Source: Candidatus Hydrogenedentota bacterium (GTDB lineage Bacteria; Hydrogenedentota; Hydrogenedentia; Hydrogenedentales; JAEUWI01). Taken from it: a stretch of DNA of 64,000 bases. A model generated the notes under the pieces. It ran no database searches, was not told the origin of the DNA, and saw nothing but the letters and a program-made list of their open reading frames with translations. This document shows, piece by piece, positions 1 to 10,042 of the stretch. The position numbers were made by a program, and so were the translations under genes. The first letter of the stretch is position 1; each line of letters begins with the position of its first letter. The stretch is from contig JAXMOL010000009.1 of assembly GCA_034669905.1 (NCBI GenBank), forward strand, positions 1 to 64,000. The letters run 5' to 3'.

Positions 1-299
1 AAGCCGATACGAATATGGATGGTTTGCTCTCGTTGAATGAGGCGCAGGGCGTGAAGCCGAATTTGACGGCCGAGCAGTTTAATACGTTGGACAATGACCG
101 CGATGGTTTCCTCTCCACAGCCGAGTTGGACCAATTCGTAAATTCCATGACGGGCTGTTTTGGTCCTGGTTCCGACGGAGGAGTGGGCTTTCTAGTCATC
201 GCGTTCCTGTCCTATTTTGCGCTCTGGTGGGAGGAAATGCTTCGGTTGTCCTTTCGATTCATGGGACTCCAGCCGCAAGACGCGCACGACGACACCTGA
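1..299 (+). CDS. C-terminal end (5'-partial) of an EF-hand-repeat surface protein with a Gly-Cys + TM C-terminal anchor
   Basis: The frame is open back to the window edge (ADTNMDGLLSLNE...). It has two EF-hand loops, DTNMDGLLSLNE and DNDRDGFLSTAE, then TGCFG and the hydrophobic stretch GVGFLVIAFLSYFALWW. Confidence 0.75.
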   Translation, partial: ADTNMDGLLSLNEAQGVKPNLTAEQFNTLDNDRDGFLSTAELDQFVNSMTGCFGPGSDGGVGFLVIAFLSYFALWWEEMLRLSFRFMGLQPQDAHDDT

Positions 300-822
300 G
301 CCGGTTCAAAATGTAGAATGTGATTGGCAGTCCCGGCGCTTTTGCGGCAGGTAGTTGCCATTTTGAGAAGCGAGGAAGCTGTGAATCCTTCCCTGGCGCC
401 CATGAGAATCGCGCCCTGATGCCCCAGTATGGAATGAAGTAAAAGGGCGCAGGCCAATTGCTTCTCTGGGCGGGATGGCAGCGAAGGACAGCAGTCCGTC
501 GGGAGCTGTCGTTCCCGATTGGATGGCCGTCGTGGATTTGTGCCCATCGGGAGGGGAGTGTTAAGGTGGACCCTTCGGCCCTTCCCCGAGGCCGTCGTAT
601 GAGATTCCGACGGCTTCATACCATGGCCGGTCGATTTTCAGGCTATCTCGGCCTTTCGATCCCTATTTTTTTTGGAAAGCCTACGGTGCGGTAGGTTCTA
701 TGCGGGATTCGATACCATATTGTAGTCCCTGACGTCTATCTTGACCGTGGGTTTCCCAGGCACGAATGCCCTAAGTGCCTGCGGGCCAAGTGGTAATGCC
801 GTCGCTCATCCAATACGCATAA

Positions 823-840
823 TTGGCATGGGTTTGGCTT
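823..840 (+). promoter_or_regulatory. Sigma-54-type (-24/-12) promoter upstream of glutamine synthetase III
   Basis: TTGGCATGGGTTTGGCTT has GG at 825-826 and GC at 837-838 with exactly 10 nt between them, about 60 nt before the ATG. This fits nitrogen regulation. Confidence 0.6.
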
Positions 841-899
841 TATACTTGGACATCTTAGAAGTTCGTTAACCCTTAACAAACAGGTGCAATGGAGAAATC

Positions 900-3074
900 A
901 TGAGCGGGAACGCGGTACGGCTTGAAGCCATTTCAGAGATTGTCAATCAGGAACCCGTTGAAAGCAACGTCCCTTTCACGGAAACTTCCACGGCCGAAAT
1001 CTTCGGTGAAAACGTATTCAGCCTGACGGTGATGCAGAAGCGTCTGCCAAAAGACGTGTACAAGTCGCTGAAGACGACCATTGAAAAGGGCGCAAAACTT
1101 GACCCCACCACGGCCAACGCGGTGGCAGCAGAGATGAAGTCCTGGGCGATTGAGCACGGTGCGACCCACTATGCACACGTATTCTACCCCTTGACCGGCC
1201 TCACGGCGGAGAAGCACGATTCGTTCTACACGCCTGACGGGAAAGGCGGAACGCTGGCCGAGTTTGAAGGCGGTACGCTGGTCCAGGGTGAGCCCGACGG
1301 CTCTTCCTTCCCCAACGGTGGTATCCGGGAAACCTTCGAAGCCCGCGGTTACACCATCTGGGACGTAACCAGCCCGGCCTATATCATGGAAAACCCCAAC
1401 GGTACGACGCTGTGCATTCCCACGGCCTTCGTTTCCTGGACGGGTGAAGCGCTGGATAAGAAGACACCGGTGCTGCGTTCCATGCAGGCCCTCAACATTC
1501 AGGCCCAGCGTGTGCTGAAGTTTTTTGGCACGGCCGGTGCCTTTGTTTCCTCCACGGCCGGTGCCGAGCAGGAATACTTCCTGGTCGACAAGAACTTTTT
1601 CTACGCGCGCCCTGACCTGCTGAATGCGGGACGCACCCTTTTCGGTGCCGCGCCCCCCAAGGGTCAGGAATTCGACGACCACTATTTCGGTGCCATCCCG
1701 GAACGGGTGCTGGCCTGCATGTTCGAAGCAGAGCGTGAGTGCTTTAAGCTCGGTATCCCGGTGAAGACCCGTCACAACGAAGTGGCGCCGGGACAGTACG
1801 AGATTGCTCCCGTATTCGAATTCTCAAACGTCGCAACAGACCACCAGCAGCTCATCATGGTGACCCTCAAGCGGGTGGCCGAGAAGTACGGCATGGTTTG
1901 CCTGATGCACGAGAAGCCCTTCGCCGGCGTGAACGGTTCGGGTAAACACCTCAACTTCTCCATGGGTTCGGCCGATGCGGGTAACCTCTTCGACCCGGGT
2001 GACACGCCTTCCGAAAACGCCCAGTTCCTGGTGTTCTGTGCGGCCATGATTCGCGCCGTATACCACTGGGCGCCGCTGCTCCGCAGTGTGGTGGCCAGTG
2101 CTTCCAATGACCACCGTCTCGGTGCCAACGAAGCGCCTCCGGCCATCTTGTCGGTCTTCCTGGGCGATGAGCTTACCGAAGTGATTGAAGCGATTGCGAC
2201 GGGCGCTCCCCTGAAATCGCGCAAGAGCGTCATGCACGTTGGTGCGGATGTGCTGCCCGAGATTCCCCGCGATTCCGGTGACCGTAACCGCACGAGCCCC
2301 ATGGCGTTCACCGGCAACCGGTTCGAATTCCGTGCCGTGGGTTCCAATCAGTCCATTGCCGGACCCTTGGTAGCCATGAACTCCGTAATGGCCGATTCGC
2401 TGGACTACTGCGCGACCAAGCTGGAAGCGGCAGACACGAGCACGCCGGAGAAGCTGGGTAAAGCGGTTGAAGCCTTGGTAAAAGAAATCTACACCGAGTG
2501 CAAGAACGTTGTCTTCAACGGCGACGGGTACTCCGAAGAGTGGCACGCAGAAGCGGCGAAGCGTGGCCTCCCGAATCTTAAGACGACGGCGGATGCCTTG
2601 CCGGTCCTGAAGACGAAGGAAGTCACCGAGCTCTTTGAGAAATACGAAGTGCTTTCGGCCCGTGAGACGGAGAGTCGTTACGAGGTCTACGCTGAGCAGT
2701 ACATCATGAGCATCAACGTAGAGTCTAACCTCATGCTGAAGATGGCCAAGACCATCATCTTCCCGGCGGCTATCCGCTATCAGAGCGAGCTGGCGACCAG
2801 CCTGGCCAATCTGAAGGAAGTGGGCATCAGTGCCGACACCGACACGCTGTCCTATGTGACGGAGTTGATTGCCACGATGCAGAGCGCGATTAAAGACCTG
2901 GCCAAGGCCAAGGAGAAAGCGCCGGAAGATCCCGAAGAGTCCTGCAACTACTGCCGCGATACGATCATCCCCGCGATGAACGCCCTCCGCGAAGTGGCTG
3001 ACAAGATTGAAGGGGAAGTGGCCGATGACCTCTGGCCCCTGCCTACCTATCAGGAAATGCTCTTCGTGCGCTAA
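900..3074 (+). CDS. glnN: Glutamine synthetase type III
   Basis: 724 aa. GSIII motifs [87 protein letters not shown] and [18 protein letters not shown]. Confidence 0.97.
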   Translation: MSGNAVRLEAISEIVNQEPVESNVPFTETSTAEIFGENVFSLTVMQKRLPKDVYKSLKTTIEKGAKLDPTTANAVAAEMKSWAIEHGATHYAHVFYPLTGLTAEKHDSFYTPDGKGGTLAEFEGGTLVQGEPDGSSFPNGGIRETFEARGYTIWDVTSPAYIMENPNGTTLCIPTAFVSWTGEALDKKTPVLRSMQALNIQAQRVLKFFGTAGAFVSSTAGAEQEYFLVDKNFFYARPDLLNAGRTLFGAAPPKGQEFDDHYFGAIPERVLACMFEAERECFKLGIPVKTRHNEVAPGQYEIAPVFEFSNVATDHQQLIMVTLKRVAEKYGMVCLMHEKPFAGVNGSGKHLNFSMGSADAGNLFDPGDTPSENAQFLVFCAAMIRAVYHWAPLLRSVVASASNDHRLGANEAPPAILSVFLGDELTEVIEAIATGAPLKSRKSVMHVGADVLPEIPRDSGDRNRTSPMAFTGNRFEFRAVGSNQSIAGPLVAMNSVMADSLDYCATKLEAADTSTPEKLGKAVEALVKEIYTECKNVVFNGDGYSEEWHAEAAKRGLPNLKTTADALPVLKTKEVTELFEKYEVLSARETESRYEVYAEQYIMSINVESNLMLKMAKTIIFPAAIRYQSELATSLANLKEVGISADTDTLSYVTELIATMQSAIKDLAKAKEKAPEDPEESCNYCRDTIIPAMNALREVADKIEGEVADDLWPLPTYQEMLFVR

Positions 3075-3100
3075 ATCGTACGAAGTTCGATAAAAGATTG

Positions 3101-3141
3101 ATGGCCCGTGGAACCCCGTTCCACGGGCCATTTCCTTTTTT
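3101..3141 (+). terminator. Rho-independent terminator after glnN
   Basis: 14-bp perfect stem ATGGCCCGTGGAAC-ccc-GTTCCACGGGCCAT followed by a T-rich tail. Confidence 0.85.
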
Positions 3142-3333
3142 GGGAGAAACAGGATAGGCATCGGCAGGTGGAGAGCCTGCCTCGATTGACTGTTTCTGCG
3201 CCAATAGAACATCCTATTCTAATAAAGACACGTTAGTGTATTAGGGGTGCTGGACATGGGCAGCGCTAAGCGGTGCCGTCGGTCGACGGATTACTGCACA
3301 TCACTTGGGTATCCATGTGTTGAGGTGATTCTT

Positions 3334-4326
3334 ATGCGGAACAGTGACCGGGGTTTTACCCTCATAGAATTGTTGGTCGTCATCGCCATTATCGGAATTC
3401 TGGCGGCCATTCTCCTTCCCGCGTTGGCCCGCGCCCGCGAAGCCGCACGGCGGGCCAGTTGCCAGAATAATCTGAAGCAGTTCGGCGTCGTGTTTAAGAT
3501 GTATGCCAACGAATCAAAGGGGGAAAAGTTTCCCCCCACACAGGGGCTCTCCATTTACTACACCGAAGATGACCCTGTGCTGGGTGCGGTCGCAGGTCCT
3601 GTTGCAGGGTGTAATATGCAGGATGACCCCGAGATTTCGCCCAATGTGTTGCATGTCTATCCCGAGTACGTAACGGACTGGGGGATCTATCAATGTCCCT
3701 CCGATATGGATTATGGAGACGGTACCGCCTCCCATCTGTCCATTATCAATCAGGTAAGTGAGAGCGATGGGTCGCCGTGTCCTTTTGCGGGAATGGCCGA
3801 TAACCCTGGCGACAGTTATGTCTACCAGGGGTGGCTCGCAGACCTCGTCGATGGTGATGACCCCACCACGCCCGTGCCCATTGACGGAAGTCTGGTCAAC
3901 GTGCCCGTGCAACAGCTCAGCGCCCTGTCGGCCTTGAATGCGACAGGTTCACTGGGCACCACCGATTTGACCGGCGCCGCGGCCATCGCTGCGCGATCCG
4001 CGATGGACAACGACATATCGGTGCCTGCTCCTTTCGGAAATGCCGGCGGGGATACGATCATGCGGTTACGCGAGGGGATTGAACGCTTTCTGATTACGGA
4101 CATTAACAACCCGGGGGCTTCGGCCAAGGCACAGTCTGATGTGGTGGTAATGTACGACGTGATCAGCGCGGGCGTCAATGCCGGTGGTGCGTCCTTCAAT
4201 CACGTGCCTGGCGGCACCAACGTGCTCTACATGGATGGGCACGTGACTTTCATGAAATATGATGCAACGGGCTCTTTCCCGGCCAATGAACCCAACGCCC
4301 AGTTGACCCATTTTTTCGTGAGCTGA
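3334..4326 (+). CDS. Prepilin-type N-terminal cleavage/methylation protein, DUF1559 family, with C-terminal H-X9-DG motif
   Basis: [44 protein letters not shown] at the N-terminus and [17 protein letters not shown] near the C-terminus. The ATG at 3334 follows GAGGTG. Confidence 0.92.
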   Translation: MRNSDRGFTLIELLVVIAIIGILAAILLPALARAREAARRASCQNNLKQFGVVFKMYANESKGEKFPPTQGLSIYYTEDDPVLGAVAGPVAGCNMQDDPEISPNVLHVYPEYVTDWGIYQCPSDMDYGDGTASHLSIINQVSESDGSPCPFAGMADNPGDSYVYQGWLADLVDGDDPTTPVPIDGSLVNVPVQQLSALSALNATGSLGTTDLTGAAAIAARSAMDNDISVPAPFGNAGGDTIMRLREGIERFLITDINNPGASAKAQSDVVVMYDVISAGVNAGGASFNHVPGGTNVLYMDGHVTFMKYDATGSFPANEPNAQLTHFFVS

Positions 4327-4465
4327 CAGACCTTGGTTTAGGCCCATGTGTTCCACCAATGGGGGATCGTGCTGCGCGATCCCCATTGGTCTTATGTCGC
4401 CATCCATTGTTATACTTTTTGATAACTTCAGGGTTAATCGGAACCGGGGAATCGGAAGGTCTGCA

Positions 4466-5623
4466 ATGGATTACGCCTACATCGCGCAGGGAAAACTTTA
4501 CCTTATCGACGGAGACGGTAAGGCGATCGAAGTAGAGAGCGAGTTTGCGCAGCAGCAAGTGCGGGAAGCCGAGCGCCGCAATCAATACAGCCCGTGGGGA
4601 AAAGATGAAGGCAGTGACGGTGCCTTTGGCGGCATGAACGTCTGGGGTGGGCGCGCGACTGCAGCCCGTTTCGAGGGGTATCGCTTCACCAACGTCGTGC
4701 GTCTCGATGCGGATCACTTGCTGTACACCTTGAGCAGCAGCACGGTGACGGGGCTCTTCGAGTATGATCTATGGGATAAGAGCGAGCGTCGCCTTGTACA
4801 CCGGAATGATTTTCAATTTCAAGGCCTGGACCTGGATCCCGAAGGCACGCAGTTGTGTGTGGGTCAGCAGCTGGAGGAGGGCGTGGCGGATATCGAAATG
4901 CGAGATTTAAATGGTCGGGTGACCGGTCAGATCACGGGTGGAGATTCGGTGGACTGCTTCCCCAGTTTTTCGAAGCAGGATCCGGAGGTGGTGGTCTTTC
5001 AGAGTTGTGGAATCGCCCGCATGGACGACGGGCTCTTTCATTCCTTCGGCCCCTCTGGCATTAATCGGATTCATCTGAAGACCGGTGAACTGACGGAGTT
5101 GGTCGCCCATGAATCTTTCGACTACCTGACACCACGGGAAGGGCCAGACGGTGCGGTTTATTGCATCCGACGTCCGGCGTTCAGTCAGCTCAAGGTGCCG
5201 TGGTGGCGGGCTGCCCTTCAATTCCTGTTATTTCCGTTTCACTTCGTGCACGCGCTCTATAATTTCATGAACCTCTTCACCCAGTTGTTTAAGAATCAGC
5301 CGTCACTGGCGGAGGGGCCACGGGCCGCCGCCCCGCCGCCCCAGCAGCACCTGACGGTTCTCGGGCGGGCTATCGAAATCGGGAAGGCAGCGGCCCGTAA
5401 GAACCGCGATGGCGAAGAGACCCTGGTGCCTTCGGACTGGAAACTGATACGACTGGATTCCGACGGTACGGAGAAGAAAGTCGCCAGCGCCGTTTGTTCC
5501 TTCGCACTGGATGAAGAGGGCGGCCTGAGCTATACCGACGGCTATCGCATTTACCGCCTTGCCGGCGATAAACCCTTGTTGGTGGGGCAGTATCCCCTCG
5601 TGGAAAAACTGTGTCGGCTATGA
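4466..5623 (+). CDS. Hypothetical protein, probably TolB-like beta-propeller with an internal hydrophobic segment
   Basis: ITGGDSVDCFPSFS resembles a PD40/TolB blade. Hydrophobic insert WWRAALQFLLFPFHFVHALYNFMNLF. Start chosen at MDYAYIAQG. Confidence 0.55.
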   Translation: MDYAYIAQGKLYLIDGDGKAIEVESEFAQQQVREAERRNQYSPWGKDEGSDGAFGGMNVWGGRATAARFEGYRFTNVVRLDADHLLYTLSSSTVTGLFEYDLWDKSERRLVHRNDFQFQGLDLDPEGTQLCVGQQLEEGVADIEMRDLNGRVTGQITGGDSVDCFPSFSKQDPEVVVFQSCGIARMDDGLFHSFGPSGINRIHLKTGELTELVAHESFDYLTPREGPDGAVYCIRRPAFSQLKVPWWRAALQFLLFPFHFVHALYNFMNLFTQLFKNQPSLAEGPRAAAPPPQQHLTVLGRAIEIGKAAARKNRDGEETLVPSDWKLIRLDSDGTEKKVASAVCSFALDEEGGLSYTDGYRIYRLAGDKPLLVGQYPLVEKLCRL

Positions 5624-5725
5624 CGGCAATGGGATGCCATGATTCCATGCGCCGACATTAATCGAAGTGCTATACTCCCACCCACACGGTCAGGTCTGCG
5701 ACCTGGGCAACGTTTTGACAAGGAG

Positions 5726-6247
5726 ATGGACGTGAAACAAGCGATTATAGTGCTCATCGGGCTGACTCTGGCAGGATGCGCGGGGCAGAACGGACAAACC
5801 CCGATGGAAACGGTGATGACCGATTTCGGCCTGAAAGAGAAACCCGAGGGCTATGTGTCGGGATCCGATAAGGTCTATGAGAATTTGAACAGCGTCGGTG
5901 AGACCGAGATGAAGCGCATGAACGCCGAAGGGCGTCTTGGGGAGGTGAAAGCCGAAGAGGACGGCCTCCTTGTAAAGTACTACAAGGAAGTAAAGGAATA
6001 CACCTCTTACTATCCTCTGGACGCCAAGGCAAACTCCAAGGCTGCCGATCGAGAACGGGGTTATGTGGGCTACCTGGAATACCGTTACCGCGTTCTTCAG
6101 GGGCCCAGAAAACCCACCCGCACCGAGGCACAGGCCGAGTCTGCCACGGTCCCCAGTGGGGAAGAAGGCCGGGAGACCTACCGCTATAAGTTTAATTCCG
6201 GCGGCACGTGGGATGGGGGCAAGGGCGAAATCGCCCGGAATCAATAA
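5726..6247 (+). CDS. Hypothetical lipoprotein
   Basis: Signal peptide with lipobox LTLAGC. The start may be the GTG at 5732 behind AGGAG. Confidence 0.75.
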   Translation: MDVKQAIIVLIGLTLAGCAGQNGQTPMETVMTDFGLKEKPEGYVSGSDKVYENLNSVGETEMKRMNAEGRLGEVKAEEDGLLVKYYKEVKEYTSYYPLDAKANSKAADRERGYVGYLEYRYRVLQGPRKPTRTEAQAESATVPSGEEGRETYRYKFNSGGTWDGGKGEIARNQ

Positions 6248-6261
6248 GGGCTCACGAGTTC

Positions 6262-6297
6262 AAGAAAACGGGCATCCATCTGGATGCCCGTTTTCTT
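6262..6297. terminator. Bidirectional terminator between convergent genes
   Basis: Perfect inverted repeat AAGAAAACGGGCATCCA-tc-TGGATGCCCGTTTTCTT with A/T ends. Confidence 0.8.
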
Positions 6298-6316
6298 TAT
6301 TCGCGCAGTGTTCGTC

Positions 6317-6772
6317 CTACGCTTCAGGTGCTTCTTCCCGCACCTTCATTTTCGCATCGATAAGCTGGCGCTGATTCAGATTGAGCAGATTGCCCAGCTT
6401 ACGGGCCAGGTGGTCTTCGTGCCCGTCCAGTACGCCATCGGAGTAGAAGATGCGCCAAACCTCTTCGACAAAGCGTATCTTCTCCGGCACAGTGCAATTG
6501 GCGTTTATTTCGCGGGTAAAGCGGAACAGGTCATTGCTCTGTTCCCGGGCGTGGGACGACACTTCCAGCAGTTCCAGGGCTTCTTCGGGAGACAGGTCGA
6601 AGCGTTCCTGCATGACTTCCACGATGTGAAGTCGTTCCGCTTCGGTGAAGTCGTCGTCTATATGAGCGGCTTCCAACAGAATGGCGCAGGTGGCCAGGTG
6701 AATGGCTTCGGGCGCGCTGTGGGCCTCGGGCTCGCTGCCACGGCCCAGCAGGGTAGCAAATCGTTTTAACAT
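6317..6772 (-). CDS. TerB-family (tellurite resistance-like) protein
   Basis: LATCAILLEAAHIDDDFTEAE, DLFRFTREIN and VWRIFYSDGVLDGHEDHLARKLGNLL match the TerB-like pattern. GGAG RBS before MLKRF. Confidence 0.85.
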   Translation of the reverse strand: MLKRFATLLGRGSEPEAHSAPEAIHLATCAILLEAAHIDDDFTEAERLHIVEVMQERFDLSPEEALELLEVSSHAREQSNDLFRFTREINANCTVPEKIRFVEEVWRIFYSDGVLDGHEDHLARKLGNLLNLNQRQLIDAKMKVREEAPEA

Positions 6773-6842
6773 GCTTGTACTCCTTCCGGACGCCCGGAGT
6801 GGGCGTAGGTCTATTGTGTACCCCAATCGGGTAAGAGGTCAA

Positions 6843-8801
6843 TCAGTCGTTCGCTGCGCCATCGACTTCGGGAATCCCCCGTTTCAGGAAGTTCCCCGGC
6901 GCCTCATCTTCCGGGAGCAGGCCGCGCATGCGGAGTTCCGTGAAGATCGGCGAGTCTAATGGCGTGGCGGTAGTATCTGGTCCGGGGAACTGCGAATCGA
7001 CATGGACTGTAATTGCGCTATCGGGTGTCAGGCAATCACCGTGTAGGGCTTCTGTAATCTGGAAGGTACTATAGGGCGATACCGTCGCCCCAAAAGGAAC
7101 GTGGCTCCCGATGAAGAGTCCCCGGCCACCGGCGTTGCGCAGGGTCAGCCAGCGTACATCACGCTTGTGCCCTTGCTCCGTGGGCCAGCCCGATGAGGAC
7201 CATGATGGCATCTCCCTGCAATCATAGAGGGCGACCCGATCCCAGGCCCTGGAATCGTCAAACAGCCCTTCTGGTCCCCGTCCATACCAGGAAACCTGGG
7301 TCATGTCGTTCGGGAGCCGTATCTCGAGGCCAATCCGACCCAGGGGCGGCAGGGCCATCTTGGGCGTGAGGGTCTGCCGTAGCACGACTTCACCATCACC
7401 GTGAACGATGTAGTCCCGGGCGACTTCAAACAAGATTTCACTGTCCCGCCGAATGATAAGGCCCTTGAATTGCATGGTGACCCGAGAGGGCATGTCTTGC
7501 AGGGCCTCCATGGCCGTGACGCCCATCATGTTTTCCGCGAAGCCAGCGACGCTCCACCGGGTCGCCAAGGCGTCGTTGCCACCGAGTTCTGTGTGTGTCG
7601 GGGCGCGCCAGAGCTGATGGATGGGACCCAGTTCCAGCAGCTGCTCTCCATCGATCTCCCAGGAGATGATGGTGGCGGTGGGCAGGTCGATTTCGAGGGT
7701 GAAGTTTGCGCCTTTAAAATAGCCCACGTTGTCTTTTTCATGGATGTCGATGGACGCCAGGCTATTGGCCACAGGGCCGGGTGCCGGGGCCGTGTCCGTG
7801 GGTAACAGGAATTGCTTACACGCCACGGGAACCGCGTCGCGTTGGAAATAGAGGTTGAGCCAGTGTTCGGTCCCTGCCTGGGCGGGGGGGAGGGCATAGC
7901 CGGGCTGTAGGGAGACCCGTCGGGCATCTTGGTCCCATTCCACGGCGCAGGTTCCAGACTGCACAACCTCGCCGTCACGCCAGATTTCCCAATCCGCCGT
8001 GCTCTTGTCCCAGGGGACGTCCGGCGGCACCTGACAGGATAGGGAAGCCTGGTTCAGCTCGGCCGTTGTGGCCTGCCATGCCATGAGGGCTTCCTGCCAT
8101 TGGGGCGAAGGCGTGCTGCCATGAGGGGCAGGGGGCGCGGTGACGACACCCGTAAAGCTGTCCCAGGTGTCAAAGGCAAAGTTGATGCGGCATTCGGCTG
8201 GGGGGGCGACAAGGGCGTTCTCGAGCGCCGAGGGTGTCAGCGCTTCGTCGTAGAGTTGAAACTGATGCAAGACACCCCGCCCGTTACCTGGCTCGAAGGG
8301 GTGCCTGCCAAAGAGGAGCGCCCCGGGGGCATAGCGCAAACAGCCGCTGACCGGTGTTGTTCCAACTTCCGAGCCATCGATCACGAGCTGAATGGCCGTG
8401 CCGGTATAAATCGCCGCGACGGTATGCCAGGTTTCGTACCAGTCCTCCGGCACGGGGACCGTCACAGAGTGGGTCTCATCGGTTGTCACCAGGAAGGTGA
8501 GGTGCTCCCCATCGGGCTGGAAAAGACCGTATTGGTCGGCGCCCTTGGCAACATAATGGACGGCCCCATCGCCCTGTTGGGGGTAAAGCCTTAGCAGGAG
8601 GGTCACTTGCTCGCCCGTAACAGAGGCCGAACGGGCGGGAGCGACGGCGATAGTGCCCAGGGGGATGCCCAGGGTGCCTGCCTGTTCTTTCGGAGGCACG
8701 TCGCTGAAGGCCGCGATACGTGCAATCCGATCCCAGGTCTGGTGGTGAAAGGTGGTGTGTTCCATGTTGCCCGGCGTGGGGGTCACGATAGGGTACTCCA
8801 T
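6843..8801 (-). CDS. Beta-galactosidase C-terminal-half protein (LamG + DUF4981-like + small-chain domain), no recognisable GH2 catalytic core
   Basis: LamG-like WHTVAAIYTGTAIQLVIDG. Small-chain motifs LWRAPT, LGRIGL, VSWYGRGPE and EQGHKRDVRWLTL. Confidence 0.7.
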   Translation of the reverse strand: MEYPIVTPTPGNMEHTTFHHQTWDRIARIAAFSDVPPKEQAGTLGIPLGTIAVAPARSASVTGEQVTLLLRLYPQQGDGAVHYVAKGADQYGLFQPDGEHLTFLVTTDETHSVTVPVPEDWYETWHTVAAIYTGTAIQLVIDGSEVGTTPVSGCLRYAPGALLFGRHPFEPGNGRGVLHQFQLYDEALTPSALENALVAPPAECRINFAFDTWDSFTGVVTAPPAPHGSTPSPQWQEALMAWQATTAELNQASLSCQVPPDVPWDKSTADWEIWRDGEVVQSGTCAVEWDQDARRVSLQPGYALPPAQAGTEHWLNLYFQRDAVPVACKQFLLPTDTAPAPGPVANSLASIDIHEKDNVGYFKGANFTLEIDLPTATIISWEIDGEQLLELGPIHQLWRAPTHTELGGNDALATRWSVAGFAENMMGVTAMEALQDMPSRVTMQFKGLIIRRDSEILFEVARDYIVHGDGEVVLRQTLTPKMALPPLGRIGLEIRLPNDMTQVSWYGRGPEGLFDDSRAWDRVALYDCREMPSWSSSGWPTEQGHKRDVRWLTLRNAGGRGLFIGSHVPFGATVSPYSTFQITEALHGDCLTPDSAITVHVDSQFPGPDTTATPLDSPIFTELRMRGLLPEDEAPGNFLKRGIPEVDGAAND

Positions 8802-8894
8802 GTTTACTGCGCGCGAGTCCAGGTTTCAAAGCGGGGTCGGCCATTGTAGCGAATTCCGGCTGGTAAATTCCCGTCGAAGGAAGCCCAAACCAGC

Positions 8895-10022
8895 CTATAG
8901 GAGCCGCGCCAGCCCCAGAAAGTCACAGGGCAATGGGCTCTGACCGGCGGTGCTCAGGTCGGCGAGGATTTCTCCAATCGCAGGACAAAACTTGAAGCCA
9001 TGGCCGCTGAACCCGGCTGCGAACGAAACCTGCTCATGCGCCGGGTGACGGTCTATGATGAAGTGCCCGTCGGACGACATGGTGTAGAGGCACACAGTGG
9101 AATCGGAGGGCTCCGGCTTCACGCCCTTCAGATACGCGCCTGCAAAACGTTGTAAGGGGGCCACATCCCCTTCGGTGACCTGGCGGTCCACCGTGGTGGG
9201 GTCATCGACGAGGTGTCCCGGTGCATGGCACGCCAGTTTAATTCCACGAGCGTCCAGCGTTGGGAATCCATAGTAGAATCCGTCGGGCGTCTGGAAGGCG
9301 AATACCGGACAACCCTTTTCCAGGGTGAACGCGGGATTCTCCGTAGGGAACCACGCGGTCACCACCCGCCGAACTTCAAGGGGAAGCGCCAGGGAGGTGA
9401 GCAGGGGAGCGGTCCAGGAACCTGCGCACAGTATGAGGCGATTCCCGCGATAGACGCCCCGTTCAGTCGTCACGGCGACACCCGCACCATCGCAGTCCCA
9501 GTGCTGAACGGGTTCTTGTTCATGAAGTTCTGCGCCGTGCTGGCGCGCCTGGGCGAGGTGGGTGGCCACACAGGCTTCGACCCGAAGGTAGCCCCCTTGG
9601 GCCTCATTCAGGATTACGTCATCATCGACGAAGTTGAAGGCCGGATAGCGCTGTGGTGCGAAATCGCCGTTTAGATGCTCCAGGGGAAGCTGATGAAGGG
9701 CGGCGGCCTCCCGAGTGCCTGCAATGACTTCGCCGGATGCGGGGCCCGAAAGCAGCAATCCACATTGATTGAAGAGTTCGTCAGAGGTACTTTCCGCGAG
9801 GCGATCCCAGCCCCTATAGGCTGCCTGCAGGAGGGGGACGTAATCCGGGTGCTCAAAATACGCCTGGCGAATGATCCGGCTTTGCCCATGGGAGCTGCCC
9901 CGGGTATGGTCGAAGGAAAACTGTTCCAGCCCAAGGACCGTATGTCCCCGGCGGGCAAGTTCGCAGGCCGTGGCCGAACCCATGCCCCCCAAACCAATTA
10001 CGATAACGTCGTAGGTACTCAT
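8895..10022 (-). CDS. solA: N-methyl-L-tryptophan oxidase / monomeric sarcosine oxidase family flavoprotein
   Basis: DVIVIGLGGMGSA, GSSHGQSRIIRQAYFEHPDYVPL, CLYTMSSDGHFIIDRHP and AGFSGHGFKF. Confidence 0.9.
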   Translation of the reverse strand: MSTYDVIVIGLGGMGSATACELARRGHTVLGLEQFSFDHTRGSSHGQSRIIRQAYFEHPDYVPLLQAAYRGWDRLAESTSDELFNQCGLLLSGPASGEVIAGTREAAALHQLPLEHLNGDFAPQRYPAFNFVDDDVILNEAQGGYLRVEACVATHLAQARQHGAELHEQEPVQHWDCDGAGVAVTTERGVYRGNRLILCAGSWTAPLLTSLALPLEVRRVVTAWFPTENPAFTLEKGCPVFAFQTPDGFYYGFPTLDARGIKLACHAPGHLVDDPTTVDRQVTEGDVAPLQRFAGAYLKGVKPEPSDSTVCLYTMSSDGHFIIDRHPAHEQVSFAAGFSGHGFKFCPAIGEILADLSTAGQSPLPCDFLGLARLL

Positions 10023-10042
10023 GAGACTCGCTTCAATCGTAT

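Noticed and set aside
420..620. Glutamine (glnA-motif) riboswitch upstream of glnN
   Set aside because: Hairpins are present, but I could not match the conserved motif, and they lie upstream of the predicted promoter. An Rfam scan would settle it.
458..694. Short ORFs upstream of glnN and between anmK and the adhesin
   Set aside because: They lack RBS support and coding-like composition, so they were treated as non-coding.
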